Assembly (NCBI RefSeq): GCF_031769215.1
Contig: NW_026782254.1
Coordinates: 62,001 to 126,000 of the forward strand
Length of the DNA stretch: 64,000 nt
DNA from: Ylistrum balloti
Taxonomy: Eukaryota
Direction: 5' to 3'
In this document: positions 52,169-64,000 of the stretch, piece after piece
How the letters are laid out: every line of letters starts with the position of its first letter
Position numbering within the stretch: the stretch's first letter is position 1
The notes under the pieces: generated by a model
Databases searched by the model: none
What the model saw: the letters and a program-made list of their open reading frames with translations, nothing else
What the model was told of the DNA's origin: nothing
Translations under genes and position numbers: made by a program

Positions 52169-53220
52169 CAGGCCTCGAATTTAACGCTTTTTACTGGCTA
52201 TTTGCGAGTGGAAATCCAAGAATTGCAAGTAAGAAAAATATGCTCTTGCTTTTTTTAGCGAGTGGATTTATCAGATGCAAACTGTAATAATTACATCACA
52301 TATAAATACAGACGTGCAGTTCGTGGAAAAAATGAATTTGTTGCTTATAATTTACCTCAACTGAAGCCTGTGTTCATCGTAAAATCGTAACATGCCAAAG
52401 CTGAAAATGAAAGTCACACACGCCATTTGGAGCAATCCTTGTACATGCAATGTTAGATTTGTGTTGTAAACCGTGGCAGAAAATTTGTCTTCTTAAATAA
52501 TTATGTCTTTTTTCAAAAAAAAAAAAAAAAAAAAAAATAAAAAAAATTAGTAATGCTGCCGATGAAGTGATTACAGTAAAAAATAAGCAAGAATGGTACA
52601 GCCCAAATGCAATTATGTGAAGGCATCAGCCAAAACAGTTGCTAAATGGGAAAAAGAACTTAACATAACCCTAGGCAAACATATGACCACCGACAACGTT
52701 GTTGATGAAATATGGTGTGCGGTGTGCAGAGAGTATGCTATTAAAATTAACTGGTTGAGTTCAATTTTCAAAGTGTTTAGTAGTCAGTGTTTTCAGTTGA
52801 CTTGAGTTAAAATCATTTCCAGAAATTGTCAATTGGTTATTGATTCATCATCAATGTCCACTAGGACTGTCATATCATCGTAGAATATTTCTTGAAATAT
52901 TGACATTCATTTTGAACTTACTATATGTATAAGTACATGACTCAAATTAACTGACTGAAAGTTGCTTGTTTATTTTTGCCAATAAATTTATTTCAATGAA
53001 AATATTGGGACAAAGCAGTTCTTAGTATAATGTCGACATTACATACATTCCAATATTGATATCATTGGATGAAGAAAATTAATACACATAATCAATCACC
53101 AAAATAAAACATTATTTGAAGATTTACTGTAATAACAAGTAAAAAGTCATTTTAGCAAGTAAAATTTTAAGGCACTTGCTGTTTTTAGCAAGTGACAAAA
53201 AATGTTAAATTCGAGCCCTG
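52169..53220 (+). mobile_element. Internally deleted hAT-type DNA transposon (1052 bp)
   Basis: 17-bp TIRs CAGGCCTCGAATTTAAC (52169-52185) and GTTAAATTCGAGCCCTG (53204-53220), one mismatch; subterminal (a/t)gc(a/g)agt repeats; internal remnant KTVAKWEKEL...VDEIWCAVCREYA resembling the N-terminal zinc finger of hAT transposases. No 8-bp TSD retained. Confidence 0.75.
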
Positions 53221-53427
53221 GTTGTGATTAATACGACCTAGTGGAGCTGTGATTGATCATGGTTTGCACAACCTTGAAAAGTACTGGAATTTACAGTGGG
53301 GGTGGAAAAGTCCTTGAAAACTAATTTTGGTCGTGAAACTCCCTGAATTTAGAAACAATGCCTGGAAAAGTCCTTGAATCTTGCATATTCCGCAATTCCA
53401 AATGTTTCTTTTGCCTCCAAAACGTCA

Positions 53428-53871
53428 ATAAATAATGCGTAAGTTATATACCTGCCGTCATTACGTTGCACAATTTAGGTAAAAATGTATTAGGGTCTCG
53501 CTCATTGTTGTTTCCCAATTATCAATGGATCAAACCACATCAACTGTGTCATCGCGGTAACCAGTAATTAATTAATCTTTCTGTAGAAAATCTGTTTTTT
53601 TTAATCTGACCCCAAAAAAGTACCGGCGCATTATACCTGAGTGCAAATTTCATCCCACTTCCTGTTGAAAATACATGGATTCCTTGGCATGACCAGTATA
53701 AACCACGTTTGCTCCCTGTTTGCAGCGCGAAGCGGACGGAAGAGCGTAGATTGCGCATTGTGTCCGCGCATGTTTGAATTACCTCCCTTTACCAATAGTT
53801 GTGACTAAAGCCCGGTACCGATGAAATGTGCAACGTAATGATGCCAGGTATATAACTTACGCATTATTTAT
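53428..53871. mobile_element. MITE-like element with 45-bp terminal inverted repeats
   Basis: 53428-53472 and 53827-53871 are reverse complements with 2 mismatches; non-coding interior. Confidence 0.7.
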
Positions 53872-55059
53872 GAAAAAAAACGCCAACAACCAAAAACAAA
53901 AATGATGGTAAATTTGAAAAAAAGAAATAGGCGTTTTGTCATGTTAAAAACTGATATCAACATTTTATCTAATATAATATAAATATGGTAGCAAGTTCAA
54001 TATTTCTCTGTGATATCTAAGACACTTAGAAATTGAGTTACCAATAAATAATTGTATTTCATACATAACGGACTTATTAATAAACCGTGGTCCAATTTAA
54101 TTGGTCGTAACATATATTTCATCACTGTATGAATTATTTCGTCTGCTTCTGAACGGAACAAAGGATGCGAAATAAAAAAATGGTGACTATTCCTTTTAAT
54201 AGACAGAATCCGATACAAGATACCAAGACTAACAACTACAATATGAAATGTATATAATCTGTATGTTTACGCTGAGCAGTCGAACTTCGTTATTTCGAAA
54301 AGTTAGCCTAGTGGTTAGTGAAAAATTCAGATAACTGCCACTGAACAAACAAGAGTGTAAAATGAACATTCAAAATATATCAAACTGCCCTGTCTCGACA
54401 AACCTACAGCAAACACCAGGCCACGATTTTGTTTAATTCATGTCTGAATTTTTTTCTTACCACCAGTTATCTCTAACCAGCCTTTGAGCAACCGGAGCCT
54501 GATGGATAAGGTAAATATCTCAGATTTAAGGAATATCTTATTTCACATACTTACCTCTTCAGACATATTTGCGAATACATGATTTCCGACATTTTGCCTA
54601 GAAATGACTTTAGATTTGTGAATAATAGGCTATTAGATATATAGACTCGGATATCAGTAACTTAATCAACATGGCGTCATTAAGAATTACTTCTGTAGAT
54701 ATAATTGCAAGGCCGTGAATTTGCCATTGACTCTCCTCTCATATTAATACATAAAAAATCCCACACCAAATATAAGTGATTCACAGTAATCTTATAATCC
54801 TGGATGTCATATTGGCTTTGTTTGTACAATTTTTAGAGTTTTAAAGTCTAGCTTGTTATCTCCCTTGTCAACTAAATATTGCTCACTTGTAATGCTTTCT
54901 AGTGTGGTGTTCTCAGTGTCCATACGATGACTGCTGTCTACGGTTGATGCGTGAGTTACTTGTAGTTATTTGGTTTTAGTAGCCAGTCTGGTCATTTTTT
55001 AAGTTTATTGACATCTTATTGTATATCTATCATCTTTGTTACTAATTTTCTCAAATTTA

Positions 55060-55690
55060 GGCTCTCCTTGCACCCTAGTTGTGCCAGATTGATTTGGGTC
55101 TTCTCTGAAACGCAAAATGTCTGACAGGCCGCCATCTTGGATTTTTACAAAAAGAAAAATTGTTACCGCTATTTCCTGAAAAATCCATAATGGACCAACT
55201 CAAATCTTATACATAAGTTCCCTTTGGTCTCTAGTTTTGCCCATTTGATTTTGGGACTGACCACGAAAAACAAAATGGCCGACAGATGGTCATCTTGGAT
55301 TTCACTTAGTAAAGTTTGTTGTTGCTATTTCTTGAGAAGTACAGAATGGATCCACTTAAATTTCAGACATAGGTTCATCTTGATCCCTTGTGTGCCAGTC
55401 TGACTTTGAGACTGATCAGAAAAACAAAATGTTTGAGTACTGAATGGATCTCTCCGATATTATATTTAAGTTCCCTTCTCTTGAAAAAAGTAAGTGTCGG
55501 ACAGGTGGCCATTTTGGATTTTTACTATGAAGTTTATTATCACTATTCTTTCAGAAAGTACACAATGGATCCACTCAAATTTAAGACTGATCAGAAAAAA
55601 ATTAAATGGAAATGGCTAACAGGTGGCCTTCTTTGATTTCACAATGAAGTTTGTTGTTGCTATTTCTTGAGATGTACTGAATGGAACTGT
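55060..55690. repeat. About four diverged, roughly 160-bp HINE/satellite-type core repeats
   Basis: Recurring ggccgccatcttggattt, aaagtttgttgttgctatttc and aatggatccactcaaattt blocks; similar to 38700-38850. Confidence 0.65.
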
Positions 55691-57319
55691 TGAGAAAACT
55701 TGTGAGATTAACCTGGCAGTGATTCCCTGGTTGCCTCCTTCCATGATTTAGGTAGTTTACCTTCCTACAGAGATTCTTAATATAATTGACAGTGGTTTAC
55801 TCAACACATCTCTTCAGTTTGATATATACATTTGGATATATTTTCAATAGGACTAGTTGATTTGTTTCTGTCCATTTTCATGAGAGGTTTCCTTATGGTG
55901 CATACTCGAATGGTTGACTGGTAGGTGATGATTCTTTAGTAAAGACACTGATGAAATAGGTAGCCAATACTTCTGCTCTGCTTGTTACAAATATGATACA
56001 AGTAAAATGTGTCCGAACTGGAAAATATGGTGCCAACGGTAGGACAGTCCGTCGACCAGAGAATTCCAGAGGTCAAGGACATGAGAGCCTGCACTCCGCC
56101 ACTAGTAGTTGTCCATACTCCTGGTGTAGAGCGAGTGAGATTGATTCTGTGTGTTACAACGATAGTGGGCAGATTAAAAAAACTGTCAAATGAGAAAGTC
56201 ATAACGCCCATGTCTAAAAAGCCAATGGAACGACTGTCTTGCCAAAAAACATCAGAACAAGAGATATATGCCAAAGATGAACCAATATTTCCAATTGAAA
56301 ATCTCTCTTCGCGGGAATTAGTGAGTAAAATATTGGAGCGACTTATCAGGTTTTGGGGACACTGAGCATTGACCAGCTGAAGGATTCTGTTAATGCTGAT
56401 AACCTTTGTAAGGAAGTGAAATGATTGTCGTGTGATGGAACTTTGGAGGGAATGCTTAATGATAACAAAGAAGTGTTTTCTGTGACCCACTTTGGTGGAG
56501 AGGTGTATCAGGATGGAGAAGTCATTCATTGGCAGACGTACATATCTTCATGTCTTATGAATTATCGATGCATCATACTATTGCTTCCTCCGTCTAGGGT
56601 TTGTCAGTGATAAAAATGTCTAAATTTTGAAGTCTTTGATGTTAATGTAGAAAATCACAATTGGTCAAGGAATCGTCACGAGAAGGTGCACTGGGCCATA
56701 ATTCCATAAATTTCCTACAAACAGACATCAAGGAAAATGTCAATACAATCACATCAAATTTACTTAAATTACAGCAGATTATGAACAAGAGAAAAACCTA
56801 CACAGAGATTCCTGAAAAAGAGAATTAGATTAGATGTTCCAGAAGAGTAAGCGTATCTGCTTCATTGAGTCCTACCCTGTAAATCTTGGTCAATCCACGT
56901 AGATACTGAATGGATATCAAGTTTCCAACACAGAACAAAGTGAACAATTGAACCAACAGATATACTAACGATCATTAAACACTTTAATGTTGATATATAA
57001 CTCCAAATTTCAGGGGAACGTCTACTATTCAATCTGAAATGTGTCATTATTCGCAGGAATTAAACGTAGCATACAGGTTATGGCACATCTCAGGAACTAA
57101 AGGTCCGCCAATAGTGTCTGCCTCAGTCAAGTGTTACAGCATCCTCAATGATATGTCAAGATATATTATGATAATTTACATTGAAATATCATCTTTGATA
57201 GGTTGTAAAAAAGACCCCCAAAAAATCCTAATTCAAATTCCATAAAACTAGGGCGAAATATGAACAAAATAAATATTTACACTGAGACTCCTGAAAGAGT
57301 ACAAGGGTAATACGACCAA

Positions 57320-57640
57320 ATGTTTTGTAAGAGTAAGCGTCTTCTGCTTCATCGACGACATCCGCCATGTAAACCATGGTCACTCCAAGTAAATAATGTC
57401 ACGTTCTCAAATAAGAGCAAGGTATACAAAAATGGAACGAACAGGCAAACTAACGAGCATCTAGCTTCATATCGTACAAAGTAACTGAATGTTTCTCAAT
57501 GAATCACCATGACAACCGTACAACTTTTCCTTATTTTTCATCAACATGCAATTTTTGAAACTCTGTGTTACGAGTTTTTCCGGTAGTTTACGACGTCTTG
57601 CAAGAAAGTCAATTGCGACATGTTAGCACCATAGGTTGAG
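57320..57640 (-). mobile_element. Second degraded Penelope-like fragment (partial third copy at about 56835-56930)
   Basis: Clear similarity to 45800-46010 (gagtaagcgtc...gcttcatc.acgacatccgc, ggaacgaacaggcaaa, tgtttctcaatga); minus strand FLARRRKLPEKLVTQ...KLYG. Confidence 0.6.
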
Positions 57641-58465
57641 GATACAGGATTATTACTATCGTGAAATGGAAAATTGACAATAGTGGAATTGAAATCATAC
57701 AACTTGGTGGAAAGCTGCTCATATTGGTTTCGTTGTAGGAAAAGATAAAAATAAGCGGCTGACGAAGCGTTTGGTGTCGGATGTTATCGAAACTATATCG
57801 GTGTGACCATTTCTAGCTGAAAATATAAAGCGTTCAAATGCGTTAGTTCCAAGAATCATCATTTCAAAACTTTATCAAGACAATGCAATGAGTTGGTAGT
57901 ATAGCAAAAAATACTATGACTTTATAATAATGGCTGAGAATTGAAACGATCATTGTCAATTTGCAACTTTCAGACAGGAAATATACAAAATATCAATGAT
58001 CTAATAGTGGAACCTTATCCGTAATAGTTGTTTCAAACAAGGAGTGCACCGCTAATTCTTCACATCATTTCTCCCATCTCGACAAAAACCTTGATGTTTT
58101 CTAAATCATATTCTTTGACAGATTCTGATGGAAATTCAGCAACGATATCAATTGATTCTTTCGTGACTTAAATGTACATGGATGCCGCCAGTAATGACAT
58201 CACTCGAGAGATGTCTTTCTCTAAAAAAAGTTTTACAAATTGATGACGGAACAAAAATCAGCAGTCATGGTCAAAGTTAGTCACACGATCATTGCTTTTA
58301 GAAAAAAATGTACATCAAATACCTTGTAAAGGACAAAAGTTACAGGTTTGTTGGATCAAGTAACTATTTTCAGAAAACCGTAATCAACATTTCAACAGTT
58401 TAAATCCTGAATGGAAATCAATCTCGTTCATTTTCAGAAAAATATAAACAACAGTAACTACAATA

Positions 58466-59608
58466 TTGTCTCAGTGACTGTACTACATCTACATTACTGT
58501 CTCAGGTAGTAATTGTCCTACCTCTATATCACTGTCTCAGGTAGTAACTGTACTACATCTACATTACTGTCTCAGGTAGTAATTGTCCTACCTCTACATC
58601 ACTGTCTCAGGTAGTAATTGTCCTACCTCTAAATTACTGACTCAGGTAGTAACTGTCCTACCTCTACATCACTGTCTCAGGTAGTAACTGTACTACCTCT
58701 ACATCACTGTCTCAGGTAGTAACTGTCCTACCTCTACATCACTGTCTCAGGTAGTAACTGTCCTACCTCTACATCACTGTCTCAGGTATTAACTGTCCTA
58801 CCTCTACATACATCACTATCTCAGGTAGTAACTGTCCTACCTCTACATCACTGTCTCAGGTAGTAACTGTCCTACCTCTACATCACTGTCTCAGGTATTA
58901 ACTGTCCTACCTCTACATTATTGTCTCATGTAGTAACTGTCCTACCTCTACATCACTGTCTCAGGTATTAACTGTCCTACCTCTACATCACTGTTTCAGG
59001 CAGTAATTGTCCTACCTCTACATCACTGTCTCAGGTAATAATTGTCCTACCTCTACATCACTGTCTCGGGTAGTAACTGTCCTACCTCTACATCACTGTC
59101 TCAGGTAGTAACTGTCCTACCTCTACATTACTGTCTCAGGTAGTAACTGTCCTACCTCTACATTATTGTCTCAGGCATTAGCTGTCCTTCCTCTACATTA
59201 CTGTCTTAGGTAGTAACTGTCATACCTCTACATCACAGTCTCAGGTAGTAACTGTCCTACCTCTACATCACTGTCTCAGGTAGTAACTGTCCTACCTCTA
59301 CATTACTGTCTCAGGTAGTAACTGTCCTACCTCTACATCACTGTCTCAGGTAGTAACTGTCCTACCTCTACATCACTGTCTCAGGTAGTAACTGTCCTAC
59401 CTCTACATCATTGTCTCAGGTAGTAACTGTCCTACCTCTACATCACTGTCTCAGGTAGTAACTGTCCTACCTCTACATACATCACTATCTCAGGTAGTAA
59501 CTGTCCTACCTCTACATACATCACTATCTCAGGTAGTAACTGTTCTACCTCTACATACATCACTATCTCAGGTAGTAACTGTCCTACCTCTACATTACTG
59601 TATCAGGT
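58466..59608. repeat. 35-bp satellite (about 32 units, some 39-bp variants)
   Basis: Unit actgtctcaggtagtaactgtcctacctctacatc. Confidence 0.95.
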
Positions 59609-60681
59609 ACTCTCCTCTAGGAAAGTTGTATGGTGTAAAAATGGTAACTTTATAAACCCTTCTGACAAGTATATTTACTGGAATGATACAAGTCTGATAA
59701 CCGGTGATAAAAAATATTGACTTGAATTTCCCGCGTTTTTTAACTGACGAATCACATCATTCTTTTGATTATGTATTTTGTTACTGTTTAGTTTGAATAG
59801 AAATTCTGATTGAAGATAGGTTCAACGGCATTGATGTCCGTCTTCCTGTTTAACTGGTGTCCCAATAGCCATACAGTCGAAATTTAGTGACACTTGACGC
59901 GATTTGGTTTCAACTTTGGACAGCCAAATAATTATTTATTGCTAAAAATGATTCTTTTCATGTTTTATAAACATGGGTTTTATGTCCTAAATGTCAATTG
60001 AATTGGTTCTAATGTCATGTTTTGATACGCCTATGGTGAAACATAAGTGTACTTGGTTACCGAGCAAAGTCCCTATTTAAGGTTTGTAAAACACATCCCT
60101 AAGTAGACTATCCACCGCAGTAGTATAGTGAACTTCCTGTCAGGCTCTTGACATTGCCCTAGATGTGTTCTAGCCGAGGAGGTAGGGCTTCAGGGAAGGG
60201 AGTGCACGGCACAAAACAGTGGCTGGCAACATGACTACCCTCTACGTATTGCAGGTAGGAAAACTCCAGTTCTGGCTGGTCAAACAGTCTTTTAGATATT
60301 TAAGAGCATTATAGTCATATTGTGATTATATTTCAAATTATATCGATTATCAATTTAAATTTCTACTTAAGAGAACAGTTGGAATCATTTTAGTCCATCT
60401 GATAAATGTTGCTGATTTGCAGAATTTGATTTACAAATAGACTTCATGATTTACGGTTAAAATGATTTTGTACCTTTGTAAAGATATTTGATCATCGCTG
60501 TCATTGAAAAAAATATCAAGAATTATTCTTCAACAAAACTGATATCATGAACTAAACTTAACGTAATACATAGGACTGTTCCGGTATTCCTTATAATAAT
60601 TTATTCAAGCTTTCTAAAATTTTATAATTTTACTAATATCAGTAACCAAGGTATTATGTATATCAAAGATCAATACATCTA

Positions 60682-62952
60682 ACACGACAAATAAACAGTT
60701 ATATGATATATAGTACAACAATGACAGACCTATACGATATCTATAACACGACAGATAAACAGTTATATGATATATAGTACAACAATGATAGACAGTCCTA
60801 TACGATATATATAACACGACAGATAAACCATTATATGATATAAAGTACAACAATGACAGTCCTATACGATATCTATAACACGACAGATAAACAGTTATAT
60901 GATATATAGTACAACAATGATAGACAGTCCTATACGATATCTATAACACGACAGATAAACAGTTATATGATATATAGTACAACAATGATAGACAGTCCTA
61001 TACGATATCTATAACACGACAGATAAACGGTTATATGATATATAGTACAACAATGATAGACAGTCCTATACGATATCTATAACACGACAGATAAACGGTT
61101 ATATGATATATAGTACAACAATGATAGATAGTCCTATACGATATCTATAACACGACAGATAAACAGTTATATGATATATAGTACAACAATGACAGTCCTA
61201 TACGATATCTATAACACGACAGAAAAACGGTTTTATGATATTTAGTCCAATAATGATAGACAGTCCTATACGATATCTATAACACGACAGATAAACAGTT
61301 ATATGATATATAGTACAACAATGATAGACAGTCCTATACGATATCTATAACACGACAGATAAACAGTTATATGATATATAGTACAACAATGATAGTCCTA
61401 TACGATATCTATAACACGACAGATAAACAGTTATATGATATATAGTACAACAATGATAGACAGTCCTATACGATATCTATAACACGACAGATAAACGGTT
61501 ATATGATGTATAGTACAACGATGATAGACAGTCCTATACGATATCTATAACACGACAGATAAACGGTTATATGATTATGATATAAAGTACAACAATGACA
61601 GTCCTATACGATATCTATAACACGACAGATAAACGGTTTTATGATATATAGTACAACAATGACAGTCCTATACGATATCTATAACACGACAGATAAACGG
61701 TTATATGATATATAGTATATGATAGTCCTATACGATTATATAACACGACAGATAAACAGTTATATGATATATAGTTATATGATATATAGTACATGATATA
61801 TAATGACAGTCCTATACGATATCTATAACACGACAGATAAACAGTTATATGATATATATGTAGTCCAACAATGATAGACAGATACAACAATGAAGTCCTA
61901 TACGATATCTATAACACGACAGATAAACGGTTATATGTTATATAGTACAACAATGATAGTCCTATACGATATCTATAACACGACAGATAAACGGTTATAT
62001 GATATATAGTACAACAATGATAGACAGTCCTATACGATATTTATAACACGACAGATAAACGGTTATATGATATATAGTACAACAATGACAGATAGTCCTA
62101 TACGATATCTATAACACGACAGATAAACGGTTATATGATATATAGTACAACAATGATAGACAGTCCTATACGATATCTATAACACGACAGATAAACGGTT
62201 ATATGATATATAGTACAACAATGATAGTCCTATACGATATCTATAACACGACAGATAAACAGTTATAGTCCTATACGATATCTATAACACGACAGATAAA
62301 CGGTTATAGTCCTATACGATATATATAACACGACAGATAAACGGTTATATGATATATAGTACAACAATGACAGTCCTATACGATATCTATAACACGACAG
62401 ATAAACAGTTATATGATATATAGTACAACAATGACAGTCCTATACGATATCTATAACACGACAGATAAACAGTTATATGATATATAGTACAACAATGATA
62501 GACAGTCCTATACGATATCTATAACACGACAGATAAACGGTTATATGATATATAGTACAACAATGACAGTCCTATACGATATCTATAACACGACAGATAA
62601 ACGGTTATATGATATATAGTACAACAATGACAGTCCTATACGATATTGATAACACGACAGATAAACATTTATATAATATATAGTACAACAATGACAGTCC
62701 TATACGATATCTATAACACGACAGATAAACAGTTATATGATATATAGTACAACAATGGTAGACAGACCTATACGATATCTATAACACGACAGATAAACAG
62801 TTATATGATATATAGTACAACAATGATAGACAGTCCTATACGATATCTATAACACGACAGATAAACAGTTATATGATATATAGTACAACAATGATAGACA
62901 GTCCTATACGATATCTATAACACGACAGATAAACAGTTATATGATATATAGT
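60682..62952. repeat. 68/64-bp minisatellite (about 34 units)
   Basis: Unit tacaacaatgatagacagtcctatacgatatctataacacgacagataaacagttatatgatatatag, with 4-bp deletion variants and a few truncated units. Confidence 0.95.
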
Positions 62953-64000
62953 ACAACAATGTTACTTTATGATATACAACATATCACATATAAATGTGTC
63001 TATATAATAATTTTCCTTAATTACATTGAACGTTTCAATGACATGGTATAAATAATCGATATATCACTGATGTGGTAGATATTCTAGAGATATCGAATCT
63101 CATTATTATTGATAGCAAACAATTCAGATAAATTTGCGATGTATAACATCTCTTTTTTATAGAATATCATTGATAACTTATGTGCAGTCTTCGTCTTCGA
63201 ACACGCTTTGTTCTGGAATTCATTAAAAAACTTTTACTTACAAACAATGTAAGGTATTTATACATTGCCAAAATATAAAATTTTTGATTGTGACAACCAT
63301 GATTATGCGCAACATTCGACATTTGTTATAGTCAAAGTTCAAGTCCAAAACGTTTGGCCACCTCTTTGTACTTTTTCGTGGGTTTTTTTTTTTTTTTTTG
63401 TGAATCTTTAGCTTACACAAGCTCTGGTAAGCTTTGTTACTGTATATTCATCCGCGTGTGAACACGAAAGGATGTTGCAAAGAAAAGCACTGTTGGCCCT
63501 ATGGATAGGTCACGGTAGAATCACCTGGATACCATGCTCAACAAAGACATTCGGAAAGAAAATGCTCACAAAAGAAATGCACACATTCAATTATTTTTGA
63601 ATCACGAGAAGATACAAAGACAAAATGAAAAATGTCCTGGAAGAAGATATGCCGACTTCTTGGAGATAAGCTAAACTTTCATGATATTAAGTGTAGAATA
63701 AAACCTCAAATTAAGCAGGTATATCAGGGAAATGGCGGGCTTTTAATTCAATACCTCTTTTCGGAATCGTCAAATACAAAAGAGGCACTCCGAGATCAGT
63801 GAAGTTCAAAAGGCGGAAGTATAAGCTGACACCTATATAAGCAATGAATAATGTATAATCAGGTTTACTTTTCTAGTAGGAGCATTATTCTGAAAAAGGG
63901 ATATATGAGAGACTGTTCTCCGCTTCTATTGTCTATCTAGATTTTGCTGTTGTGTGGAGTGGTAGGGGGCCAGGAACTGGCTGCTTTCAAAAAACTCGAC

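Noticed and set aside
57755-57805. Hammerhead ribozyme core (ctgacga…gaaac) next to the Penelope fragment
   Set aside because: Stem II does not pair, and the motif is on the opposite strand to the element.
15815-62952. Short-period arrays as CRISPR loci
   Set aside because: Units are contiguous with no unique spacers, there are no cas genes, and the context is eukaryotic.

Overview
AT-rich eukaryotic genomic DNA, most likely a bivalve mollusc (spliceosomal introns, Helentron/HINE-type repeats, Tx1 and Penelope remnants, a GRL101/RXFP-type receptor). It is not prokaryotic and has no CRISPR array or operon. Genes: (1) the last exon of a selenium-binding protein 1 / methanethiol oxidase gene (4125-4296, +), and a decayed tandem copy of its last two exons (10785-11715) with a nonsense codon, a frameshift and an amplified splice donor; (2) a two-coding-exon ZAP/PARP12-like CCCH zinc-finger gene with no PARP domain visible (15047-13179, -), with GAS and ISRE motifs about 0.5 kb upstream; (3) a reconstructed five-coding-exon LRR-GPCR of about 1076 aa (25963-37638, +), with a signal peptide, a furin-like RLKR site, a Cys-rich cap, about 17 LRRs, 7TM and a candidate Ser/Thr-rich tandem-repeat tail. 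About 15 kb (roughly a quarter of the window) is short-period tandem repeat (16-68 bp units), which produces most of the long ORFs in the track. Mobile remnants: Tx1/L1-type LINEs, a Gypsy element with one LTR, a tRNA-Leu PBS and no RT/integrase, an internally deleted hAT element, a MITE, Penelope-like fragments, a SINE-like fragment and HINE-like core repeats. One assembly gap lies at 41540-41675. All splice models are inferred from splice signals and reading phase only.
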